This document shows, in pieces, positions 14,047-27,130 of a stretch of DNA of 64,000 bases. The notes beneath the pieces were generated by a model. It saw nothing but the letters and a program-made list of their open reading frames with translations. It was not told where the DNA came from and ran no database searches. The stretch covers positions 32,116,001 through 32,180,000 of the forward strand of contig OX597840.1 of NCBI GenBank assembly GCA_951406725.2, in the 5' to 3' direction. The DNA is from Octopus vulgaris (Eukaryota). The first letter of the stretch is position 1. Every line of letters begins with the position of its first letter. The position numbers and the translations under genes are program-made.

Positions 14047-14632
14047 ACTCTTTTACTCTCTTTTACTTGTTTCAGTCACTTGAATGCGGGCCATGCTGGA
14101 GCACCGCCTTTATTCGAGCAAATCGACCCCGGGACTTATTCTTTGTAAGCCCAGTACTTATTCTATCGCTCTCTTTTGCCGAACCGCTAAGTGACGGGAA
14201 CGTAAACACACCAGCATCGGTTGTCAAGCAATGCTAGGGGAACAAACACAGACACACAAACACATACACACACACATATATATATATATACATATATACG
14301 ACAGGCTTCTTTCAGTTTCCGTCTACCAAATCCACTCACAAGACATTGGTCGGCCCGAGGCTATAGCAGAAGACACTTGCCCAAGATGCCACGCAGTGGG
14401 ACTGAACCCGGAACCATGTGGTTGGTTAGCAAGCTACTTACCACACAGCCACTCCTACGCCTATATATATACATACGACGGGCTTCTTTCACTTTCTGTT
14501 AACCAATTCTATTCACAAGGCTTTAGTAGGCTTTAATAGAAGTAACTTAGCAAAGGTGCAATGCAGTGGAATTGAACCCGGAACCATGTAGTTTGGAAGC
14601 AGGCTTCTTACGACAGAGTCACGCTTGCGCCT
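14047..14632 (-). mobile_element. SINE-C full copy nested beside the head of an older SINE-C
   Basis: Tail (tactcttt)n at 14047, head ending ~14463; second diverged head at 14470-14632. Confidence 0.85.
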
Positions 14633-14719
14633 ATAGCGACACCTGCGTTAAAGTAGTTATGAGACAAATATCCCTGCCTATCATTGGAACGCCATTACAG
14701 GTAGGTTACCTTTAATATG

Positions 14720-14797
<78 letters not shown>

Positions 14798-14829
14798 GAT
14801 AAATCTCAGAGCGAGTTATATACGTCACG

Positions 14830-14866
<37 letters not shown>

Positions 14867-14900
14867 ATGATAAATCTCAGAGCGAGTTATATACGTCACA

Positions 14901-14933
<33 letters not shown>

Positions 14934-14962
14934 TTTTATGTATATATATATATATATTTATG

Positions 14963-14995
<33 letters not shown>

Positions 14996-15260
14996 ATATA
15001 TATATGTATATATGTATATATATGTATATACACCCACATGCATACACACTCACACATACATTTATATATCTTTGTGTATATATATATATATATTAACATA
15101 AATAATAGATTAATATATGCATATATACATAAACATATGTACATATCTACATCTATATGTATATATACATGCATATATGGGTTACAGGACATCAAAAAAA
15201 CGTTGAACATAATGAGAAACGAAAACATAAAAACAAAAACATTGAAACGAAATTTTTATT

Positions 15261-15471
15261 AAACAACGAAAAAACAGAGTACAAGACATGCAACACAAGG
15301 AATATTCCCCTCCAAAAAATCCCAAATTTTATTTGCTTTGCGGGAAGGACTGTTTCAACGGAGTCGCGTCTTGTCCTTACCTTCGAAACGCGGAGGTGAC
15401 AAAACAGGGACAAATGAAGAAGGGGAATATTCCTTGTGTTGTATGCCTTGTACTCTGTTTTTTCGTTGTTT
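15261..15471. repeat. 51-bp inverted repeat with ~110-bp spacer
   Basis: 15261-15311 is the reverse complement of 15421-15471 with 2 mismatches. Confidence 0.85.
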
Positions 15472-15898
15472 GAAAAGAAAATTATAATACAAACTTATGT
15501 TGTATTATAATTATATCAGGTTGTTACGTTGTAAAATTGTAACCTTGTAAACTTATGGAGTTAATTATAGTTCAAAATGGGAGTTATTCTGGCTAATGTG
15601 CGGAAGATGGGATAGACATGTAGTGTTTAGATATATTTTAATCCACCTAGATGTACAAGTACTGGTAGTTATATGTATCCAGGCCCATGGATAGATTTCT
15701 AATTAGTGTTTAAAATAAATGCATAGGGATTTATGCTAAGAAGAATATGGAATATGGAGTAGCATCCCAAGGATGAACTGGTGTAATTGAATATTTATAT
15801 CTATGTATACATACACATACACACATACACGCGCGCACACACACACATATATACATATACATATATACATACACACACATATACACTAGTATATATCA

Positions 15899-16282
15899 GG
15901 AGGCGCAATGGCCCAGTGGTTAGGGCAGCGGACTCGCGGTCATAGGATCGCGGTTTCGATTCCCAGACCGGGCGTTGTGAGTGTTTATTGAGCGAAAACA
16001 CCTAAAGCTCCACTAGGCTCCTGCAGGGGATGGTGGTGATCCCTGCTGTACTCTTTCACCACAACTTTCTCTCACTCTTACTTCCTGTTTCTGTTGTACC
16101 TGTATTTCAAGGGGCCGGCCTTGTCACTCTCTGTGTCACGCCGAATATCCCCGAGAACTACGTTAAGGGTACACGTGTCTGTGGAGTGCTCAGCCACTTA
16201 CCCGTTAATTTCACGAGCAGGCTGTTCCGTTGATTCGGATCAACCGGAACCCTCATCGTCGTAACCGACGGAGTGCTTCCAC
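15899..16282 (+). mobile_element. SINE-B
   Basis: Full length; flanking direct repeat agtatatatca. Confidence 0.9.
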
Positions 16283-16363
16283 ACAGTATATATCAAATGA
16301 TTTTCAATGCAAAATAACATAGACGATATTAAGAATAAGTAGAATTGTAGCAAAATACCAAAT

Positions 16364-16430
16364 TGAGCATGCGCTCTCAAAATACATAAGATACTTCCGG
16401 ATCACGCCGGCTCCCTGTGCATTATGGGAA
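16364..16430. promoter_or_regulatory. Candidate promoter motif cluster (NRF1-like, ETS, ZNF143/Staf-like)
   Basis: tgagcatgcgc 16364-16374, acttccgg 16393-16400 and tgcattatgggaa 16418-16430 in non-repetitive DNA. Confidence 0.4.
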
Positions 16431-16516
16431 TTCTCAATGGTTTTCCAGAAAACAACGAATCAATGCTGAAATATAATAAATTTTATTCATTCGGAAGTTG
16501 ACATTGTACAATATAT

Positions 16517-16909
16517 GGAATGGAAGCACTCCGTCGGTTACGACGACGATGAGGGTTCCGGATGATCCGAATCAACGGAACAGCCTGCTCGTGAAATTAA
16601 CGTGTAAGTGGCTGAGCACTCCACAGACACGTGTACCCCTAACGTAGTTCTCGGGGATATTCAGCGTGACACAGAGAGTGACAAGGCCGGCCCCTTTGAA
16701 ATACAGGTACAACAGAAACAGGAAGTAAGAGTGAGAGAAAGTTGTGGTGAAAGAGTACAGCAGGGATCACCACCATCCCCTGCCGGGAGCCTCGTGGAGC
16801 TTTTAGGTGTTTTCGCTCAATAAACACTCACAACGCCCGGTCTTGGAATCGAAACCGCGATCCTATGACCGCGAGTCCGCTGCCCTAACCACTGGGCCAT
16901 TGCGCCTCC
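16517..16909 (-). mobile_element. SINE-B
   Basis: Full length with (ttcca)2 tail; flanking repeat tgtacaata. Confidence 0.9.
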
Positions 16910-17291
16910 TGTACAATAATATAACACTTTGATAATTAAATAGTATTTTTTAAAGTTAGCCTTAGATCGTAGGTTATTCGTATATAGATAATTTTGAACC
17001 TTTTTATAGCTTCAGAATCTTCTTCTATCGAGCAGCGTCTGTTAAACGCCAACCCACCATGTTTGGCAAAAAGTAAACAAATAAACCTACCGCCATTTTA
17101 ATCAATCAAGAACTGATTTTAATGATTTTACTCATTCGTTTCTCATTAGTCGTATTTTCTGCTATCTGATTATACAAGGTCATAATCATATTCTAAATCC
17201 GAGGAAGATTTCATTTTCAATATGTTTAGGCTAGTCCATATCACTCCGTAAGAAGCATAAGACCGTTTTCCAGGTTTCTCTGGCGTATATA

Positions 17292-17712
17292 TATTTCTTT
17301 ACTACCCACAAGGGGCTAAACATAGAGGGGACGAAGAAGGACAGACGATGGGATTAAGTCGATTACATCAACTCCAGTGCGTAACTGGTACTTAATTTAT
17401 CGACCCCGAGAGGATGAAAGGCAAAGTCGACCTCGGCGGAATTTGAACTCAGAACGTAACGACAGACGAAATGTCTATTTCTATTTCTTTACCACCCACA
17501 AGGGGCTACACACAGGGGGGACAAACAAGGACAGACAAACGGATTAAGTCGATTCCATCGACCCCAGTGCGTAACTGGTACTTATTTAATCGACCCCGAA
17601 AGGATGAAAGGCAAAGTCAACCTCGTCGGAATTTGAACTCAGAACGTAGCGGCAGACGGAATACCGCGAGGCTTTTCACCCAGCGCGCTAACGTTTCTGC
17701 CAGCTCGCAGCC
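17292..17712 (-). mobile_element. SINE-A dimer
   Basis: One head, two bodies; TSD tttctctggcgtatata at 17275-17291 and 17714-17730. Confidence 0.9.
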
Positions 17713-17893
17713 TTTTCTCTGGCGTATATAACCCTCCCTGTATATCGCAGGTTCGCTTAATTTTAAAATATAATATTGTACCTGAAATATTATGACCCTT
17801 CTAACCACCCAGCACTGTAAATATTTACCTCCTCTTGTGAGCACACAACGCCAATAAGCAGATACAACCGTCCAGTGGAGAACAACTGTGTTA

Positions 17894-18278
17894 GAGGAGC
17901 ACTCCGTCGGTTACGACGATGAGGGTCCCAGCTGATTCGATCAACGGAACAGCTTGCTCGTGGAATTAACGTGCAAGTGGCTGAGCACTCCACAGACACG
18001 TGTACCCTTAACGTAGTTCTCGAGGTGATTCAGCGTGACACAGAGTGTGACAAGGCCGGCCCTTTGAAAATACAGGTACAACAGAAACAGGAAGACAATG
18101 TAAGAGAAAGTTGTGGTGAAAGGGTACAGCAGGGTTAACCACCACCCTCTGCAGGAGCCTCGTGAAGCTTTAGGTGTTTTCGCTCAATAAACACTCACAA
18201 TGCCCGGTCTGGGAATCGAAAGCGCGATCCTACGACCGCGAGTCCACTGCCCTAACCACTGGGCCATTGCGCCTCCAC
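17894..18278 (-). mobile_element. SINE-B
   Basis: Full length; flanking repeat actgt(g/c)ttagag. Confidence 0.9.
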
Positions 18279-18544
18279 TACTGTCTTAGAGTAACATAAA
18301 CGAGAGCTCACAAAATCACTCCTTCCGTCTCATGTTCTACCTCATAAATACAAGATTTGCTCATTACTCTGAGTAGCAAAATGCGACAACATTTTATGAA
18401 CTAACTTTGGAAGCGTCGAATGTGCTTGCAAGCGTAGCCGTCTACTGGCAACTTTTTCACGTCTTATAAGGGTGAAGTACCCAATCTTTCCGCTGCTTTC
18501 ACTGCTGCTGTACTGTGTTCAAAATATTACTATCTTGTCTGGTA

Positions 18545-18921
18545 GTGGAGGCGCAATGGCCCAGTGGTTAGGGCAGCGGACTCGCGGTCGGAGGATCGCG
18601 GTTTCGATTCCCAGACCGGGCATTGTGAGTGTTTATTGAGCGAAAACACCTAAAAGCTCCACGAGGCTCCGGCGGGGGGGGGGGTGAACCCTGCTGTACT
18701 CTTTCACCACAACTTTTTCTCGCTCTTTCTTCCTGTTTCTTTTGTACCTGTATTTCAAAGGGCCAGCCTTGTCACATTCTGTGTGTCGCGCTGAATCTCC
18801 TCGAGAACTACGTTAAGGGTACACGTGTCTGTGGAGTGCTCAGCCACTTGCACGTTAATATCACGAGCAAGCTGTTCCGTATCAGCTGGGACCCTCATCG
18901 TCGCAACCGACGAAGTGCTCC
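18545..18921 (+). mobile_element. SINE-B
   Basis: Flanking repeat ctatcttgtctggta. Confidence 0.9.
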
Positions 18922-18949
18922 TATCTTGTCTGGTAAAATACCAAATAAG

Positions 18950-19091
18950 TCATAGCTTGCTAACCAACCACATGGTTCCGGGTTCAGTCCCACTGCGTGG
19001 CATCTTGGGCAAGTGTCTTCTGCTATGTGCCCCCGGGCCGACCAATGCCTTGTGAGTGGATTTGGTAGATGGAAACTGAAAGAAGCCTGTC

Positions 19092-19143
<52 letters not shown>

Positions 19144-19425
19144 CCCCACGATGCCTTGTGGTGGTTGTGTGCTGTGTTATATATGTGTGTGTGTGTGTGT
19201 GTGTGTTGTGTGTCTGTGTTTGTCCTCCTAGCATTGCTTGACAACCAATGCTGGTGTGTTTACGTCCCCGTCACTTAGCGGTTCGGCAAAAAGAGACCGA
19301 TAGAATAAGTACTGGGCTTACAAAAGAATAAGTCCCGGGGTCGAGTTGCTCGACTAAAGGCGGTGCTCCAGCATGGCCGCAGTCAAATGACTGAAACAAG
19401 TAAAAGAGTAAAAGAGTAAAGAGAG
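18950..19425 (+). mobile_element. SINE-C, slightly 5'-truncated
   Basis: Family similarity; tail (gtaaaaga)n. Confidence 0.85.
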
Positions 19426-19687
19426 CTTCCAGAGTTTGTTTCTAAAATGTTGTCGCATTCCAAAAGCTATTTATATTTAGCGTTGAATTCGACGGTTTTT
19501 TTATTTTGAGCGGGTCGCTTAACTTAATGATGGAGGAATAAGCCGGTATCTGAGAGTATGGCTTCGAGTTCCGGAGCCGGCTGTTGTCAACTTTTTCCCG
19601 TTTTATAAGAGTAAAATATTCCATTTTTCTGCTGTTTACACGGCTATATATCGCGTTCGAAATTTCCTTTCTTGTCCGTAAAATACC

Positions 19688-19917
19688 CATTTCTTTATTA
19701 CCCACAAGGGGCTAAACATAGAGGAGACAAACATGGACAGACATAGGTATTAAGTCGATTATATCGACCCCAGTGCTTAACTGGTACTTAATTTATCGAC
19801 CCCGAAAGGATGAAAGGTAAAGTCGACCTCGGCGGAATTTGAACTCACAACGTAACGGCAGCCGAAATACCGCTAAGCATTTCGCCCGACGTGCTAACAA
19901 TTCTGCTAGCTCGCCGC
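19688..19917 (-). mobile_element. SINE-A monomer with 34-bp TSD
   Basis: cgttcgaaatttcctttcttgtccgtaaaatacc at 19654-19687 and 19918-19951. Confidence 0.9.
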
Positions 19918-20187
19918 CGTTCGAAATTTCCTTTCTTGTCCGTAAAATACCAAATACATTCGACGTTTCCAAAGTCAGTTTACACACAAACACACACACA
20001 CACACACACATACACACATATTTTAAAAGCAAACTTCAGAAGCACCGAGGATCATTTTTGCGGACAAAGAAGAAAATTTTGAAGGTAGTATAGCTGTGAG
20101 AACAGCAAAGAAAGGTTCGGTATTACCTCTTAGAAGACACCTGCTGGTACATTTTTCTTCTGACTGTAAATACCCAGTCTTTATAGA

Positions 20188-20364
20188 AGTAGGAGTGGCT
20201 GTGTGGTAAGTAGCTTGCTTACGAACCACATGGTTCCGGGTTCAGTCCCACTGCGTGATACCTTGGGCAAGTGTCTTCTACTAGAGCCCCGGGCCGACCA
20301 AAGCCTTGTGAGTGGATTTGGTAGACGGAAACTGAAAGAAGCCCGTCTTATATATATATATATT

Positions 20365-20404
<40 letters not shown>

Positions 20405-20612
20405 TGTGCCTGTGCTTGTCCCCCCAACATCACTTGACAACCGATGTTGGTGTATTTACGTCCCCATAACCTAGCGGTTCGGCAAAAGAGACCGATAGAA
20501 TAAGTACAAAGCTTACAAAGAATAAGTCCCTGGGTCGATTTGTTCGGCTAAAGGCGGTGCTCCAGCATGGCCACAGTCAAATGACTGAAACAAGTAAAAG
20601 AGTAAAGAAAGT
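20188..20612 (+). mobile_element. SINE-C
   Basis: Full head, internal microsatellite and tail. Confidence 0.9.
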
Positions 20613-21325
20613 GTAAAGAGAGTCTACACTGCCTTTGAAATTTACTTTTTTTTTTTGCATGTAATATATAGTTATATACACACGCACTTTTTGTTTTTTC
20701 ATGTATATACCAAGGGTATACAATTACTTCGCATAGCCACGATAGACACAAAGGATGTGGTCGAAGTCGAAAATTTGAGTTTATGGAAAACAGAAACACA
20801 AGATCTCACAATGCAGGGAAACATAACCAAATAACTGTGAACCTGGAGAAATACGTTGCGTGGAAACAATTGTAGTGATCACAAATAAATGTTCCTCTGT
20901 ACTCCTTCTTGTTGACTCCAACATATCCAATTACACATAGACACACACACACACACACACACACATACACCCAAACATGTTCACATTTTGCTCACGTGGT
21001 TTGGTGTTCCCTTCCACTCATGTCACATTGGGCCACTATCTTCTGCTATGGCCTTCCGTATTCAGCAGAAAGCGAAAAATTCTAGCGTCTTGTACAGACC
21101 ACTCGTTGGGTCTGCAGTAGAATAAGTACAGGGGAACCTACAGGGGAACCTTGAACCGTAAATAACTATGAAAATTGGTTCTAAAAGTGCTGAAGACGCC
21201 AGAATCAACAACACGAACAAAAAAAAAACAGTAAAGACAAAAAAAAATAATAATAAATAAATAATTTTAAATGAACTTACGGATTTGAGTGCTTCTGCGT
21301 ATATTTCTGACCTGACATGTATTAT

Positions 21326-21371
<46 letters not shown>

Positions 21372-21520
21372 ACACACACACAAACAAACACACGCACACA
21401 CAACGGGAAACATATACGTGCATAAGTATATATGTATGTGTGTTTGTGTTATGAGCCCATGAGCGAACTTTCTCAAAATAGGTTTGGGAGACGAATAGTG
21501 TGGTTGGTCGACATAAGATA

Positions 21521-21555
<35 letters not shown>

Positions 21556-21689
21556 TGTATATATATGTATGTATATATGCATGTACATATATATACACAT
21601 ATATATATATATATAAGCATGCAAATAATATATGCAACATATATATACCAACTAAACCAGTAAACTTCACGCATGACTACATAAATGCT

Positions 21690-21781
<92 letters not shown>

Positions 21782-21903
21782 TTATAGAATTTAAAGACAA
21801 CTTTTATTTTCTCTTTTAGAAATTAAACTTCCAATGCAATATTCGAAATACCGAATATATAGAGAAAATTACTGGTGTCTGCGTATTTATAAATATCCGT
21901 GTG

Positions 21904-22053
<150 letters not shown>

Positions 22054-22282
22054 TGTATGTATATATATATATATATGTTTGTATAATTATAACAATAAGG
22101 GTTTTGCAACACGTTGCTTGACCACATACCGAAAATTTTAGAAATAGCCAGAAGACTACTAATTCCTTTTTCTACAAAAATATGTCTCAACAGACAACAA
22201 TATTTGTAACTCACATATGGCAGAAAAAAGAAGAAAAATAATGAAATCAAACAGTCTTCGATTAATTATGTTTGTGTATATA

Positions 22283-22507
22283 CTCTTTTACTCTTTTACT
22301 CTTTTACTCTTTTACTTGTTTCCGTCATTTGACTGCGGCCATGCTGGAGCACCGCCTTTAGTCGAGCAACTCGACCCCGGGACTTATTCTTTGTAAGCCC
22401 AGTACTTATTCTATCGGTCTCTTTTTGCCGAACCGCTAAGTGACGGGGACAAAACACACCAGCATCGGTTGTCAAGCATTGCTAGGGGGACAAACACACA
22501 CACACAA

Positions 22508-22538
<31 letters not shown>

Positions 22539-22702
22539 CATATATACGACAGGCTTCTTTCAGTTTCCGTCTACCAAATCCACTCACAAGGCATTGGTCA
22601 GCCCGGGGCTATAGCAGAAGACACTCACCCAAGATGCCACGCAGTGGGATGAACCCGGAACCATGTGGTTGGTTAGCAACCTACTTACCACACAGCCACT
22701 CC
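22283..22702 (-). mobile_element. SINE-C
   Basis: Family similarity. Confidence 0.9.
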
Positions 22703-24950
22703 AAAGAAACAACCTCCATACGCTACAAAATAGGACCCTTCTTCTTCCAAAAGGATGGTTCCCTCACAGATAGTCCAGCCATGATCATTGAGGTACTGAA
22801 TGACCAGTTCAAAAGTGTCTTTACCACCCCGTTAGAGCACAGACAATTGAACGAACCGGTGGATTTCTTTGCTGCCTCACCTATAACCAGCGAGGGAGTT
22901 TTGATGGATTACATCGACGTTAGTGAAGAAGATATATAGGAGCACTCCGTCGGTTACGACGACGAGGGTCCCAGCTGATACGATCAACGGAACAGCTTGC
23001 TCGTGGAATTAACGTGCAAGTGACTGAGCACTCCACAGACACGTGTACCCTTAACGTAGTTCTCGGGGATATTCAGCGTGACACAGAGAGTGACAAGACC
23101 GGCCCTTTGAAATACAGGTACAACAGAAACAGGAAGTAAGAGTGAGAGAAAGTTGTGGTGAAAGAGTACAGCAGGGATCACCACCATTCCTGTCGGAGCC
23201 TCGTGGAGCTTTAGGTGTTTTCGCTCAATAAACACTCACAACGCCCGGTCTGCGAATCGAAACCGCGATCCTACGAGCGCGAGTCCGCTGCCCTAACCAC
23301 TGGGCCATTGCGCCTCCACTGAAGAAGATATACCACTAACCATACACGAGGTGGATGCAAGCTCAACTGCTGGTCTTGATGGCTTCGCAGCAATTGTTCT
23401 GAATTCATGTAAGCGTGTCCTGGCGAAACTACAACAGATTCTCTTCCAGAGCTTTCTTGCAAATTGCAGGCTGCCAAGTAAACTGAAGGAGGGAATAATA
23501 TGCCCAATCCATAAAGGAGGAAGCAGAACATATGCCAAAAATTAAAAACCTGTCTCTCTCACTTTACGCATCAGCAAAATCATGGAACGGATAGTCAGAG
23601 GGAAGCTGATCGCATTCCTTGAAGAGAACGACAGGCTGAGTGATACCCAGCATGGTTTTCGACCAAGTAGGAGCTGCCTGTTCATGCTCTTACAACACTA
23701 TGACTGGGTGTTGAGGCAGTTACTCAACAACTCAAATGTGGACCTAATATACCTTGACCGTACAAAAGCTTTTGATAAAGTGGATCATGGTATGATTTGC
23801 CACAAACTCCATGATCTCGGCATAGCTGGAAAACTTGGAGAGTGGATAGATGACTTTCTGAAAGATAGACGTTAGGCAGTAGTGGCCAATGGCGCCACCT
23901 CAAAGAAAACACAAATAGCGACAGGGCACTGTCTTAGGACCACTGCTTTTCATAGTTGCCCTCTCAGATATGCCCTCAAGAACCAGGATAGCCACCCTTG
24001 CTAGCAACGCAGATGTTACAAAAGTCTCTCACAAAATACAGAACCCCAGCGATGTTGCACACCTGCAGTAGGAGTTGAACTCAATTCACAGATGAGCTGA
24101 GTACAATAACATGCAGTTTAATGCTGGAAAATTCCAAGTCCTGCGCTACCAGCGCCCAACAATGAATACAAAGCTTAAAGGATACACTGGCCCACAAGGG
24201 ATTACAATCCCAGAGCTTAAGTCAGTGCGGAGCGTGGGTATCGATTTGAGTGATGATACCTCTTTCCAAGTTCACATTACCAGGATGGCGACAAAATGCA
24301 GACGACTGGCTAGATAGACCTGAGAACCTTCAGAACCAGGGAGAAGGAAACCCTGATGGTCCTCTGGAGGACATTCGTCCTCAGCCACCTGGATTACTGC
24401 TCCCAGCTATGGTCACCCCACAGTGTAAAATTAACAGCGGACTTGTGAAGCAATCCAGTAGCTTCACAAAAAAAAAGACCGTCTTATTACAACGGCTCAG
24501 CTATTGGGGAAGGCTGAAAGAGCTAAGACTCTGACCCCTGGAGCGAAGGCGGGAGAGATATGCAGTAATATAGATCTGCAAAATCCTGGAAGGGATTGTT
24601 CCAAGTTTTGGCATTGAAAGCTACACCACTGCCAGAATGGGTCGACACTGCACAGTGCCAAAAATCCCAACAATGCCATCGCGATTCAGGACCAGTTACT
24701 GAAACAGCCTGGGTTTCAGGGGCCCGCAGTTGTTTGATATTTCCCCCAAAGAGCCTGAGGAACCTACACAAAGCGGATCTCCTTAGGTCGAGAATCCCTG
24801 ATGAACCTACCTAACGGCAAGAGGTGCAAATGTGGATAACGACATCAAACTCCTTTATTCACCAAATGCTACATATTAGAAGAGGGCCTTAACAGTAGGA
24901 AAACAGCAGTGTCCCAGCATGGCCACAACTTTGAACTGAAACTAATAGCG
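22703..24950 (+). pseudogene. Degenerate CR1-group LINE ORF2 (RT) and 3' end
   Basis: PIHKGG, QHGFRPSRSC, LD..KAFDKVDH, QFNAGKFQVL and SYWGRLKEL motifs with multiple stops and frameshifts. Confidence 0.85.
22939..23319 (-). mobile_element. SINE-B inserted in the LINE
   Basis: TSD tgaagaagatata at 22924-22936 and 23320-23332. Confidence 0.9.
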
Positions 24951-24989
24951 AAAAAATATACATACATATATACATAAGTGTAGTATATA

Positions 24990-25463
24990 TCTATATATAT
25001 AAAACTGTAGTTGTGTGAGTGTCTGTCCCCTTCAATTTAGATTCCTAACTACTCCCACATTTTGCCGTGCAGTTTAACCAAATTCCTGTATCTTATAGTC
25101 GTAATTCATATCGAGCCCGTCTGGCTATTAGCGCGCGTCTACGATGAGTCTACGATTTTAAAAATAATTTAACATCATTTTGTATTACATTTTAATGCAT
25201 ATTTTTTCGTGTGTCGATGGCGGCGGAGTTGGCGTCCATGGTCACACCTGCACCTGTTTGCTTCTCCCCCTTCTTCCCTCCCTCGTGAAGCGTTGTCAAG
25301 GAGACCAGCGTTCTTTTAGAACAACGACTTCATGGCTTGAAGACACCAAAACAGAAATGGCTAAGAAAGCCCGATTTGGCATCTATAAGGGAAGTAACTC
25401 TCTAAAAATGCTTATATATTTATTTCCCTTACAAACCCGAGCAACGCCGGGCAATACTGCTAG
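24990..25463 (+). mobile_element. Non-autonomous Helitron
   Basis: A|TC start, cccgagcaacgccggg hairpin, CTAG|T end. Confidence 0.8.
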
Positions 25464-25475
25464 TATATAATATAT

Positions 25476-25841
25476 CATCATCATCATCATCATCATCATC
25501 GTTTAACGTCCACTTTCCATGCTAGCATGGATTGGATGATTTGACTGAGGACTGGCGAACCAAATGGCTGCACCAGTCTCCAATCTTGATCTAGCAGAGT
25601 TTCTACAGCTGAATGCCCTTCCTAACGCCAACCGCTCTGAGAGTGTAGTGGGTGCTTTTACATGCCACAAGCACAAGGGCCAGTCCAGCAGCACTGGCAA
25701 CGACCTCGCTAGAATGTGTTTTCACGTGCCACCTGCACAAGTGCCAGTGAGGCGAATTTGATTAAGATCTCGCTCGAAAGGTGCTCTTTACGTGCCACTG
25801 GCACGGAAGCCAGTTAGCCGCTCTGGCAACGATCAGAGCGG

Positions 25842-25842
<1 letters not shown>
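25476..25842 (-). mobile_element. SINE or non-LTR fragment with (GAT)n tail
   Basis: ggttggcgttaggaagggcattcagctgtagaaac motif, familiar from metazoan SINE/RTE repeats; simple-repeat tail. Confidence 0.55.
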
Positions 25843-25924
<82 letters not shown>

Positions 25925-25974
25925 AAATACTAAATTTCTAAATCTCTCGTAGAGACATGTACGGTGGTGGGGCG

Positions 25975-26277
25975 ATAGAATGGTTGTATACTGTCAATCT
26001 AACACGAACGTGACAGTAGCGGGGTACACCACCGCTGTATAGCACTAGGAAGCATCGACGCCTCCTGATGGGTTTGACACATTTTTCCCTGTGTCCTTAT
26101 ATACATTTACGAAGGGGAAACAAACACCCCCGGCCGCCGGAGCTGCATCTAGGGACACGTGTTTCAGGATCATTGTCCTTCATCGGTGTCTGCTACTCTA
26201 GGCCGATGAAGGACAACGATCCTGAAACACGTGTCCCTAGATGCAGCTCCGTTCGTGTTAGATTGACAGTATACAAC

Positions 26278-26285
<8 letters not shown>
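25975..26285. mobile_element. Palindromic Penelope-like terminal-repeat structure between (TA)n tracts
   Basis: Outer 36-bp perfect IR (25975-26010 / 26250-26285) and inner 49-bp IR (26138-26186 / 26203-26251). Confidence 0.75.
26190..26246 (+). ncRNA. Type-I hammerhead ribozyme motif, CCGAUGA core variant
   Basis: tctagg-CCGATGA-agga caacga tcct-GAAAC-acgt-GTC-cctaga, with ctgc/gcag helix I extension. Confidence 0.75.
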
Positions 26286-26314
<29 letters not shown>

Positions 26315-26316
<2 letters not shown>

Positions 26317-26707
26317 AGTAAAACGCCCCCTGTCCAATGGACGATGCTGAGTTGTCAAACATTTAAACCAAATTTTCTCAAAACAACTTGTCTGACCGTC
26401 CCATTTTGTGGCATTATTTCAAGCCAACCGGCTTTTTTTGCTCAAACTGTACGTGCATTTTTCTCGCGTACGCGTAGTATCGATCGCAACAGCTGATGTA
26501 CTAGCGCGTACAAATGCACGTCCCCACTGCTTTATCGATCGCATTCTCACCTGGAATCGATTTTTTGTAATTTTTTTCAAGACTTATACACGCCCTGATA
26601 CCGTCGGTATCTACATATCAAATTTGAGCGCAATCGGATGGAGGGTGCCCGAGATCCGAGAAGACACACACACACACAGACAGACAGAACGGATTTTATA
26701 TAAGAGA
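26315..26707 (-). mobile_element. Helitron-like non-autonomous element, second family
   Basis: Minus-strand 5' TC, subterminal gtccaatggac hairpin, CTTG end; partial copy at ~52878-52971. Confidence 0.55.
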
Positions 26708-26809
26708 TGTACAACTGAAGGCATTGCTCCAGCATGGACAGAGTCAAATGACTGAAACAAGTAAGAGAATAAAAGAATATAAGAATAAAAGAATATATCT
26801 ATAAGCATG

Positions 26810-27097
26810 AGAGTGTGTGAGTGTGGATGGATAGATGTATGTATGTATATCAAGTGTACACGCACACGCATACACATATATATATTTATTTACATATATA
26901 TATATATATAAACGTGCAAATAAACATATATACATATTTGCATGCATATATGTATGTATATATATATACATATATACATATATATATATGTGTGTGTGTG
27001 TTGACACATAAATCTATGCGCACATTCAGACGGGCAAAATACGATTTTATTTATTTACGCAGTATTAAATAAGATTTTGTTGAATATGTAATCCTAC

Positions 27098-27130
<33 letters not shown>

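Noticed and set aside
21281-21311. Possible minus-strand microexon (cag|...|gtaagt)
   Set aside because: Good donor but poor acceptor tract and no linked exons; needs RNA-seq
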